From Oscillospiraceae bacterium (GTDB lineage: Bacteria > Bacillota > Clostridia > Oscillospirales > CAG-272), in contig SVQK01000056.1 of assembly GCA_015065385.1 (NCBI GenBank), positions 270,983 to 334,982 of the forward strand: a stretch of 64,000 nt of DNA. The letters are read 5' to 3'. Positions 1 to 7,439 of the stretch are shown in pieces. The stretch's first letter is position 1. Each line of letters starts with the position of its first letter. Made by a program: the position numbers and the translations under genes. A model generated the notes under the pieces. That model ran no database searches, had not been told where the DNA came from, and saw only the letters and a program-made list of their open reading frames with translations.

Positions 1-183
1 GAGCTGATCAAACTTCTGGGTTCGGGGGAGCCTATCTACGTTCCGGTGTACAGTGGTTCCCGGTGGACTTCCCGGAGGCGGATAGAATCCATCGAGTCGT
101 GCGGCGAGACCGAGTGCCAGTGCATCACGCTGGATTCCCCCGATGGATTGTATGTGACGAAGGATTTCATCGTCACGCATAAC
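1..183 (+). mobile_element. Intein, C-terminal portion only (N-terminal part lies upstream of the window)
   Basis: Translation of nt 1-186 is ELIKLLGSGEPIYVPVYSGSRWTSRRRIESIESCGETECQCITLDSPDGLYVTKDFIVTHN|S. The terminal His-Asn followed by a Ser nucleophile, and the preceding beta-rich block, resemble Hint blocks F/G. TerL ATPase sequence resumes right after it. Confidence 0.65.
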
Positions 184-1482
184 TCCTACGGATTGCTTCT
201 GACCTTTCTCCGGTACAAGAATGAGCCGGGTTTCACTGCTACGATATTCCGTCAGAACTACAATCAGATCTTCGCGCCCGGTGGTTTGTGGGATGAAGCC
301 GAGAAAATCTACGGGCGCATCCCCGGAGCCGAGAAAAAGACAATGGATGGCGCTTGGCAGTTTCGTGGGAAAGACGGGCGGATTCTTAGTAAGATCAAGT
401 TTGCGCACATCGAACGGGATGATGCTGTACATAAGTGGCAGGGCTCACAGATAGCCGAAATTGGCTGGGATGAGCTCACCCATTTTACAAAGGCAGAGTT
501 CTTTTATATGCTCTCCCGTAACCGTAGTACCTGCGGTGTGAAGCCCTTCGTCCGTGCGACTTGCAACCCGGACGCAAACTCATGGGTGGCGGAGTTCATC
601 GATTGGTGGATCGACCCGGATACCGGGTATCCCATCCAAGAACGAAGCGGGGTCAAGCGGTGGTTCATTCGTCGTGATGAACAGCTTTTCTGGGCCGACC
701 GGAAACAGGATTTGTGGGCGGAGTTTGATCTTCAAACCCCGGAGGAGAAGCAAGAGCCCAAGTCTGTCACGTTTATTGCGTCGTCCATCTATGACAACAA
801 GGAGCTGTTGCGGGTCAACCCGAGCTACCTTGCAAACTTGAAAGCCCTATCCGTCGTGGAGCGCGAACGGCTCCTGTACGGCAACTGGAAGATCAAACCC
901 TCCGCAGGGCTGTTCTTCAAACGGACGCAGCTCGGGTCCATACTCGAGGTTATCCCGGATGACATCCTTCAATGGGTGCGGTGCTGGGACTTAGCCGCGA
1001 CCGAGAAAGAGGAAAACGGCGATGCAGCTTACACGGCGGGCGTGCTGATCGGGAAAAGGAAGAACGGCAGATACATAATCGCGGACGTCATAAACAAGCA
1101 GATGAGTGCCGCGGATGTCCGGAAGACGATCTACCTGACAGCACAGGCAGACCGGGCGAAGTTCAAACGCATCCGGATCCGGTTACCTCAAGACCCGGGC
1201 CAAGCCGGGAAGGAACAGGCACAGTCCTATATAAAACTGCTCTCCGGTTTTGATGTGACCGCGGTTCCCGAGACCGGGAGCAAGGAGAGCCGGGCCGAGC
1301 CTATGGCGGCTCAATGGCAAGCCGGAAACTTCGACATCGTACACGCGGATTGGAATGAACCATACCTTGAACAGCTTGAGAATTTCCCCGAGTGGAAGTT
1401 TAAGGACATGGTGGACGCTTCGGCTAACGGCTTCGCGGAAGTCGAGCTGAAAGCGATGTTTAATATCGATACACTACTTTGA
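1..1482 (+). CDS. terL: Terminase large subunit, 5'-partial (runs off window start), interrupted by an intein
   Basis: Frame 1 is open from nt 1 and is the same frame as track ORF 46..1482. After the intein junction the sequence reads SYGLLLTF..., then Walker-B-like GWDELTHF, the ATCNPD coupling motif and acidic nuclease-like motifs (WDLAATE, DMVDASANG). It lies immediately upstream of the portal. Confidence 0.85.
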   Translation, partial: ELIKLLGSGEPIYVPVYSGSRWTSRRRIESIESCGETECQCITLDSPDGLYVTKDFIVTHNSYGLLLTFLRYKNEPGFTATIFRQNYNQIFAPGGLWDEAEKIYGRIPGAEKKTMDGAWQFRGKDGRILSKIKFAHIERDDAVHKWQGSQIAEIGWDELTHFTKAEFFYMLSRNRSTCGVKPFVRATCNPDANSWVAEFIDWWIDPDTGYPIQERSGVKRWFIRRDEQLFWADRKQDLWAEFDLQTPEEKQEPKSVTFIASSIYDNKELLRVNPSYLANLKALSVVERERLLYGNWKIKPSAGLFFKRTQLGSILEVIPDDILQWVRCWDLAATEKEENGDAAYTAGVLIGKRKNGRYIIADVINKQMSAADVRKTIYLTAQADRAKFKRIRIRLPQDPGQAGKEQAQSYIKLLSGFDVTAVPETGSKESRAEPMAAQWQAGNFDIVHADWNEPYLEQLENFPEWKFKDMVDASANGFAEVELKAMFNIDTLL

Positions 1483-1531
1483 TTTGATCACGGGCGGGAG
1501 CCCGTTTTATCGTTGGTGAGGTGATGAAACT

Positions 1532-4387
1532 ATGGCGATGGACACGCGCGGGTATAAAAATCTCCTGCGGAAACAAACGGGAAAAGCTGTGCGTCCTGTC
1601 CGTTATGATGGGTATGTAAACCTCATCAACCGTTACGGGACCTCAAAAGATATAGACGAGCAGTACTTCTTTTCTCCGGAGCCGGATGTGCCGGATGATG
1701 AACTGGAGCTGTTTTACGAAGGAAACGGGCTGTTCGCAAAGATCATCGATACCCCCGCTGAGGAAGCCGTGAAGCACGGCTTTGAGTTGGAAGATCTGAA
1801 CGACGATGAAATCAAAAACTTCTACGAATCCGCTCTGGATGAGCTGGATTGGGAAGAAGTGTGCATGACCTGCATTAAATGGGCGCGTCTTTATGGCGGG
1901 AGCCTCGCGGTCATGCTGATCAACGATGGCCGCGGGCTTGAAGAACCGCTCGATTGGGATTCTATCGAGTCCATCGACGATATTGTTGTCTACGACCGGT
2001 CGCTGATCGTTCCGGACCAGTCCAGCATCTATAAGTACGAGAAGGACAACCCGTTCGGCACAAGAGGCAGTCGCCTCGGAACACCCGAATGGTACGAGAT
2101 AAACAGCACAAACGGGAACTTCCGGGTTCACGACAGCCGGGTTCTCGCGTTCCGAAATGGCGTGCTTCCGCAGAGAGCAACACACCAGAACTACCAGCTC
2201 TGGGGCATTCCGGAATATGTGCGGATCAACCGAGCGATCCGAAATGCGGAGGTTGCGCACGAGAGCGCTCCGAAGATGCTCTCGAAGTCCGTCCAGCCCG
2301 TGTACAAGATGAAGAATCTGTCTGAGCTGCTGGCGACCACGGATGGCGAGGACAAGGTTCTGCGGAGGCTCCGTTTGATCGATATGGCGCGGAGCTTCCT
2401 GAATTCCATTACCATCGACCAAGAAGGCGAAGACTACAGTTTCGCCTCCTTTGCGTTTAACGGAGTCGATCAGGTTATCACCTCCTCGTGCAACTGGCTT
2501 TCCGCGCTGACGTCCATTCCGCAGACTATCCTGTTTGGGCGGTCGCCCGCGGGCATGAATGCGACCGGAGACGCCGACCTCGAAAACTACTACAACTATG
2601 TGGAACGGATTCAGAAGCGGATGGTTCGGTCGAATCTCCGGTATCTGTTGTCCGTGATATTTACCGCGGGTCTGCATACCGGCGAGATCGATCATATTCC
2701 CGAGTTCAGCATCAAGTTCTCCCCGTTGTGGTCCATGACTGAATCCGAGCAGGTTGCGCTTGATTTGCAGAAAGCTCAGGTTGAGTCCGCGCGTGCGCAG
2801 ACGGCGTCCACATACATTCAAAATCAGGTTATCGATCCCGGCGAAGTCCGGAAGAGCCTCGCGGAATCGGACGAGTTCGACATCGAGACGATGCTGGACG
2901 ATTACACCGAGGAGGAACTTGAAGAGAACGCTCCAAAGGGCGAAGAGGGCGGGATGCCCGGTGAAGGTGGTTTGCCCGGTATGCCTCCCATGGGTGGTGC
3001 GCCGGACGGTGGCGGTATGCTTCCCATGGGTGGTGATCCCGGGTCGGGGCAGGAGGCCCCGGCACAGCCCGCACAGGCCGCTTCTGAGCCCGTTTCCGAG
3101 AGCGGGGAAGAAGGATACGCCCTGCAAGGAAACAGCCCTGAAACCGCCCCTGAAGCGACCAAGCTGCCTCAAGACCAGCTCGAGGAAGACCCGGATCATG
3201 AAGATGCGGAAAACATGGATGATGAGGACGAAGGGGCAGATAAAATCATATCTCGCCACGGCAAACCGGACTACGAGGCTCCGGTTCCCGCGGGAGAGGC
3301 TTCTTCATGGCTCGTCCAAGACCTCGACCCTCTCATGACGAACAACCCGGACACATCTTCTCCCGATTGGACCGATGATGAGATCAAACGCAGAATCCGT
3401 TCTGTGGGTGTTCTGGTAGTTGATCAGTTCGGGAAGATCCTCACTGGTGTGCGTAAGGGCGGAAGCGGTGAGAACTACGGACTGCTTGGCGGTCCCGGTG
3501 GCCACGTTGAGCCGGGGGAATCCCTCGAAGACGCGGCTATCCGTGAAACCTATGAGGAGTTCGGGATCGTCCCGAAAGATCTGATGTTCATTTCCCTCGG
3601 TCGCTACGAAGAGGACAGTGGGATGATCCCTGCCATCTTTCTTTGCACGGAGTGGGCCGGAAGGATCTACCCGGTAGACGGGGAGATGGAGAATATCCGG
3701 TTCCGGACTATAGACGACATCGAAACACACAAGTTGTTCGGGCCGTTCGAATCTTCTCTGGAAATACTCGAAAAAGAGTTGACTTCCGAGGATGAAGATG
3801 GTAATATAGTGATGGATGAATTCGTGGAGAGCGACCATCCCAGAGATGAAGACGGACGGTTTTCCAAGAATTCCACATCCGGTGCTAAGAGCGCTTCACC
3901 AAGCGGCGGGAAGAGCTCGACGAAATATGCTGAAATTGACGATGATGATGAAGAATATAATCCAGATCTTGATGGACCGGGGGAAGAGGCCAAACGAGAG
4001 AAAGAGCATGCAATAAGCTACTATAAAGCCGTTAGGCGTCGGCACGGTGATGTCAAGAAGATCGCAAGGAATACCGGATTTCCCGAGCAAGTGATCGATA
4101 GAATTCGTGAACATGTTTTCATGAAGAAGCACGATCTGGGAGACGATAAAATGAAACGCTTTTCCCCGGATTATGATATGGCACAGTCATGGCAGCGGTT
4201 AGTGAAGGGAAAAAACATTCAACCCCATGACGTCACCCTTTTGAAGCATGAACAAAAAGAGTACGAGCTGATGGATTCGGGACTATCTCAGGATAAAGCC
4301 CACGCGTTAGCGACCCGAGAATTTGATTATCAAGGAGAGGTGGAAAAATACAATGGTAAAAGTCAAAAACATAACAAAGACACCTGA
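1532..4387 (+). CDS. Portal protein (resembles the DUF1073 portal family) fused to a Gly/Pro/Met-rich linker, a Nudix hydrolase domain and a helical C-terminal domain
   Basis: 951-aa ORF after terL with a GGTGAGGTG RBS. The N-terminal ~460 aa are portal-like by position and size. A low-complexity stretch follows (GGMPGEGGLPGMPPMGGAPDGGGMLPMGGDPGSG), then a Nudix box, then DEFVESDHPRDEDGRF and a C-terminal domain containing LLKHEQKEYELM. Confidence 0.8.
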   Translation: MAMDTRGYKNLLRKQTGKAVRPVRYDGYVNLINRYGTSKDIDEQYFFSPEPDVPDDELELFYEGNGLFAKIIDTPAEEAVKHGFELEDLNDDEIKNFYESALDELDWEEVCMTCIKWARLYGGSLAVMLINDGRGLEEPLDWDSIESIDDIVVYDRSLIVPDQSSIYKYEKDNPFGTRGSRLGTPEWYEINSTNGNFRVHDSRVLAFRNGVLPQRATHQNYQLWGIPEYVRINRAIRNAEVAHESAPKMLSKSVQPVYKMKNLSELLATTDGEDKVLRRLRLIDMARSFLNSITIDQEGEDYSFASFAFNGVDQVITSSCNWLSALTSIPQTILFGRSPAGMNATGDADLENYYNYVERIQKRMVRSNLRYLLSVIFTAGLHTGEIDHIPEFSIKFSPLWSMTESEQVALDLQKAQVESARAQTASTYIQNQVIDPGEVRKSLAESDEFDIETMLDDYTEEELEENAPKGEEGGMPGEGGLPGMPPMGGAPDGGGMLPMGGDPGSGQEAPAQPAQAASEPVSESGEEGYALQGNSPETAPEATKLPQDQLEEDPDHEDAENMDDEDEGADKIISRHGKPDYEAPVPAGEASSWLVQDLDPLMTNNPDTSSPDWTDDEIKRRIRSVGVLVVDQFGKILTGVRKGGSGENYGLLGGPGGHVEPGESLEDAAIRETYEEFGIVPKDLMFISLGRYEEDSGMIPAIFLCTEWAGRIYPVDGEMENIRFRTIDDIETHKLFGPFESSLEILEKELTSEDEDGNIVMDEFVESDHPRDEDGRFSKNSTSGAKSASPSGGKSSTKYAEIDDDDEEYNPDLDGPGEEAKREKEHAISYYKAVRRRHGDVKKIARNTGFPEQVIDRIREHVFMKKHDLGDDKMKRFSPDYDMAQSWQRLVKGKNIQPHDVTLLKHEQKEYELMDSGLSQDKAHALATREFDYQGEVEKYNGKSQKHNKDT
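3394..3780 (+). other. Nudix hydrolase domain embedded in the portal ORF
   Basis: The Nudix box GX5EX7REUXEEXGU is matched by GGHVEPGESLEDAAIRETYEEFGI. It is flanked by typical Nudix beta strands (VGVLVVDQFGKILTGVRK ... IPAIFLCTEW). Confidence 0.8.
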
Positions 4388-4589
4388 TTTCATTTCTGGG
4401 GAAGCGTATGTTGAAGACTGTCCTACGGCCATTAAGATTTCCGTTGATTCCGAGGGCGGCATTCGCGCGGACCCGCTTCCCGAAGGGTACGATTGGTGTA
4501 AAAAACATCTTCGGTATGCGATTGGGGTTCTCCGACAAGCGCGTAAAATGGAGGATCCTCCTACCGAACGAACGATAATGTGGTATTGA
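4353..4589 (+). CDS. Hypothetical small protein (78 aa)
   Basis: ATG at 4353 preceded by AGGAGAGGTGG, overlapping the portal 3' end. A strong terminator follows. Confidence 0.5.
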   Translation: MVKVKNITKTPDFISGEAYVEDCPTAIKISVDSEGGIRADPLPEGYDWCKKHLRYAIGVLRQARKMEDPPTERTIMWY

Positions 4590-4608
4590 TATAGCAGATC
4601 TGACAATG

Positions 4609-4636
4609 AAAAAAGGACGGGGGCCCGTCCTTTTTT
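4609..4636 (+). terminator. Rho-independent terminator (A-tract / GC hairpin / T-tract, potentially bidirectional)
   Basis: aaaaaaGGACGGGggccCCGTCCtttttt. Confidence 0.7.
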
Positions 4637-4637
4637 C

Positions 4638-5243
4638 ATGCCTTCGGAGGACATTGTGGGAAAAGTCGATGAATATATAAAGCGGAGGAGAATCCGGCTT
4701 CTTTCCCGGAACGGAGAAACACCTTCATTCTCAGATCGAGTAACGGCTTTCAAGGCCCGTCGCGCAGCTCGGCTCGACGTACGGAATAAAGAACTTGAAA
4801 TGCTGAAAAATGGGTTGACTTTCTCCAAATATAATGGTAACATTGCAATGGATGAATTCGTGGAAGGCGACCATCCACGGGATGAGAACGGGCAATTCGC
4901 TAAAGCGAATAGCTCCGAGGCTTCAAGCGAGTCGGGAGCTGAAACGGTAAAACCGCAACCCACGACCCCATCTGCAAAAGAGATCCGGTCCCGTTTGATC
5001 GGGCAAAAAACGCAGGACGGGCAAACGGTAAAGTCGGTGAGCGACCACGCAGTACAAAGGGTTCAGGAACGGAAGATCGGTTTTGATACAATCGAGAATT
5101 TGTTCCAATCCGGTAACGTTCGGCCCGGACACACACCGAACACGATTTGCTATGAAACCGATAAGCACAGAGTTGTTTTCGACAAAAACAACGGCAAAAT
5201 AGTAACCGTGATGCACCGGGGCAATAGAGGAGGCAAGAAATAA
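4638..5243 (+). CDS. Effector protein with a C-terminal DUF4258-like (RelE/BECR-fold RNase toxin-like) domain
   Basis: The C-terminus VSDHAVQRVQERKIGFDTIENLF...HRVVFDKNNGKIVTVMH fits the DUF4258 signature (HAxxRxxERxI ... IVTV). The middle carries NIAMDEFVEGDHPRDENGQFAKAN, which is shared with the portal. The N-terminus has FKARRAARL, as in the effector paralogs. An alternative start is GTG 4656, 5 nt after GGAGG. Confidence 0.6.
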   Translation: MPSEDIVGKVDEYIKRRRIRLLSRNGETPSFSDRVTAFKARRAARLDVRNKELEMLKNGLTFSKYNGNIAMDEFVEGDHPRDENGQFAKANSSEASSESGAETVKPQPTTPSAKEIRSRLIGQKTQDGQTVKSVSDHAVQRVQERKIGFDTIENLFQSGNVRPGHTPNTICYETDKHRVVFDKNNGKIVTVMHRGNRGGKK

Positions 5244-5503
5244 TGGACACGAAGGGCTTTCTTGATCTGCTGAATCAAGAACAAAATGATTTCATCCTCG
5301 ATGAGTTTTCCATGACGCAGGATCAGCTCCTCGGCCTTTCCGATGAAGGCCTCGACGAGCTCTACGAAGAGCTGGCAGACATTGAGGTTGAGGAGACGAT
5401 GAAAGCCGAAGAAACGGGCGCAGCTCTTTCGGACAGAGGCCGGATTGCTTCTGAGATCGTCACTGTTTGGGGCAACGCCTACGCCGAGATAGACGAGGAG
5501 TGA
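5243..5503 (+). CDS. Acidic 86-aa protein, candidate immunity/antitoxin for the upstream toxin-like domain
   Basis: Start overlaps the upstream stop (TAATG). The protein is very acidic (DELYEELADIEVEETMKAEE) and is followed by a terminator. The immunity role is inferred from position only. Confidence 0.55.
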   Translation: MDTKGFLDLLNQEQNDFILDEFSMTQDQLLGLSDEGLDELYEELADIEVEETMKAEETGAALSDRGRIASEIVTVWGNAYAEIDEE

Positions 5504-5523
5504 ACCCGAAAACAAAATACCTG

Positions 5524-5547
5524 AAGGACGGATCCCCGTCCTTTTTT
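5524..5547 (+). terminator. Rho-independent terminator
   Basis: GGACGGatccCCGTCC followed by TTTTTT. Confidence 0.7.
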
Positions 5548-5597
5548 CGTGCCCATGTTTGAGAGCCGCGTAGGGGCTTATATGGAGGCGTTTTAAC

Positions 5598-6554
5598 GTG
5601 AACGAAAAGATACCCGCCCAACTGAAAAACGCGACTGACAAAGCCCCCACGAAGGTCAGAAGCCGCGTCCGGGCAAAAGGGACGCTCCTGTACCCGGATT
5701 CATCCGAACGGGAGTACGCTTCGCTGGCTTTGAAGCACGCCCGGATGTACGGCGACCTGTTAAAAGAATACCTGCCGGAGATCGAAACGATTCTCCGTGA
5801 AACCGCGAGGACGGATTCCAAGGATTACCACGATGATGCGAAAATCCTTGATTTCTCCGAGCGGTTTTCTCGTACCATCCGGAAGATGGAAAAAGAGCTG
5901 GCCGAAAAGCTGGACGATTTCGACACGGAGTACTTCATCAAGAAGGTGGCGAAACGGGCAAACGGGAGCAACACCCGCCAGTGGTTGCAGCTGATAAAGA
6001 AAACCTACGGGATCGATCTTGACGGTCACTACTACAACAAAGGAACGTGGGCGGATATGATCGACAGATGGGCCGCGGAAAACGTCGGCTATGTGAAGTC
6101 AATTCCGCAGGATTCTCTGGCTACACTTCGCCAGATCGTCCAGAACGGGTACTACGACGGCTGGGGGGTCATTAAGACCCGGAACGAGATCATGAAGGCT
6201 TTCGGGGTTTCCAAGAAAAAAGCAAAGATGCTGGCCGCGGATCAAATGGGTTCCTTGTGTGCGCAAATAACCCGGAAGAAGCAAACGGACGCCGGGTGCA
6301 AACGGTATCGATGGAAAGCCCGAAACGACAACCGTGTTCGGGATGCGCACAGGCAGTACAACGGGAAAATCTTCTCATGGGACAACCCGCCGCCCGCGTG
6401 GTACATGACCAAGACGAAGGGGAAGGTCTTCACCGGGAGGCATTGTCATCCCGGCGAGGATTACTGTTGCCGGTGCATAGCGATACCGATCTTCGATTCG
6501 GACACGCTTCAACTGCCCGTGAAGAGCGGATACGAGGAGACCGGACAAACGTGA
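5598..6554 (+). CDS. Head morphogenesis protein, SPP1 gp7 / Mu F family
   Basis: 318 aa with a GTG start. It carries the family-typical block RWKARNDNRVRDAHRQYNGKIFSWDNPP and sits in the expected position after the portal. Confidence 0.85.
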   Translation: MNEKIPAQLKNATDKAPTKVRSRVRAKGTLLYPDSSEREYASLALKHARMYGDLLKEYLPEIETILRETARTDSKDYHDDAKILDFSERFSRTIRKMEKELAEKLDDFDTEYFIKKVAKRANGSNTRQWLQLIKKTYGIDLDGHYYNKGTWADMIDRWAAENVGYVKSIPQDSLATLRQIVQNGYYDGWGVIKTRNEIMKAFGVSKKKAKMLAADQMGSLCAQITRKKQTDAGCKRYRWKARNDNRVRDAHRQYNGKIFSWDNPPPAWYMTKTKGKVFTGRHCHPGEDYCCRCIAIPIFDSDTLQLPVKSGYEETGQT

Positions 6555-6571
6555 GGAAGGGAGCAATTGGA

Positions 6572-7417
6572 ATGAATAAAGTACGCGCTTTCCAAGGGCG
6601 TCGATATAAGCGGCTCCTCGCAAGGATGGATGCCAACACTGACAAAGGAAAATGGATCACAACCGAAAACAATCACAAAGTCCATCTGAACGAGAACGGA
6701 CAACCAGATATGGGCAACCCTCACGTGATCGCTGCGATGGGTGGTAGCGAGTCCTCAGTACAGGTAAGTGATCTCAGTAAGCGGGTTGAGGGACTTAAGA
6801 AGATGAAAAAGACCGAACGGCAACAGGAGCTTGCGAGTATTCTCGGTGATATGCCGGTGGGTTCTCAGATTACAGTTAAGAACCCGGGGCTTCCTGATCA
6901 AGTCATAACGAAAAAGGACGCGGAAACCTTCGAGCTTAAGACCACGATGTTTGGTGCACCATCCGTTCACGATTCTTCACTCTTCGCATTGTCTCACGGT
7001 TTGTCTAATGATAAGAGCAATGCGTATTCGTTCGAAGGCTCCGGCACAATGCAATCTCAGGCGAAGGCGGAAAGTGGCGTTAATCCCAACGCTAAAACCC
7101 CCTCCAATGTATCATCTTCAAGTTCAAGTGGGGGTGGGTCTACAGTGCCCCCCGATGCAGATGCTCTTGCTAAGACAAAGGCTCAAAAAGCCGCTGAAAA
7201 AGCTAAGACTGCGGCCATGCTCAAAAAAGCACAAGCCGCGGTAGCTAAAAAAGAAAAGATCTCACAGATTGATAAGGAAATCGAGCAGCTGGAACACGAG
7301 ATGTATAAGGCCCAGCATTACGGGAATACCGAGATCGGGGATTGGGATCTGTCCCACGAACTTGAAATGAAAATCCATAATCTTGAGGAGCAGAAAAAGA
7401 AGCTCACAGGGAAGTAA
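6572..7417 (+). CDS. Effector-family paralog 1 (shared N-terminal module, Ser-rich linker, coiled-coil C-terminus)
   Basis: ATG 6572 after GAGGAAGGGAG. The track ORF start at 6257 overlaps muF and is rejected. The N-terminus is MNKVRAFQGRRYKRLLARMD...GKWITTENNHKVHLNENGQPDMGNPHVIAAMGG. The C-terminus is Lys/Ala/Glu-rich coiled coil. Confidence 0.6.
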   Translation: MNKVRAFQGRRYKRLLARMDANTDKGKWITTENNHKVHLNENGQPDMGNPHVIAAMGGSESSVQVSDLSKRVEGLKKMKKTERQQELASILGDMPVGSQITVKNPGLPDQVITKKDAETFELKTTMFGAPSVHDSSLFALSHGLSNDKSNAYSFEGSGTMQSQAKAESGVNPNAKTPSNVSSSSSSGGGSTVPPDADALAKTKAQKAAEKAKTAAMLKKAQAAVAKKEKISQIDKEIEQLEHEMYKAQHYGNTEIGDWDLSHELEMKIHNLEEQKKKLTGK

Positions 7418-7439
7418 AAGTTAAAGCGAGGCATTTTTG

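Noticed and set aside
1643-3259. Long antisense ORFs opposite real genes. Examples on the minus strand: 1643-3259, 15196-16461, 20781-22418, 27480-29207, 36655-37587, 38506-40497, 41298-42245 and 58921-60078.
   Set aside because: They lie entirely inside strongly supported + strand genes (portal, scaffold, sheath, baseplate, fibre, RT). They have Arg/Gly/Pro-rich shadow-frame composition, no RBS and no recognisable motifs. These are typical GC-rich shadow ORFs.
6257-6571. The 5' extension of track ORF 6257-7417, which overlaps the MuF gene.
   Set aside because: The extension overlaps muF in another frame. The conserved paralog N-terminus (MNKVRAFQGRRYKRL) begins at ATG 6572, which has a good RBS.
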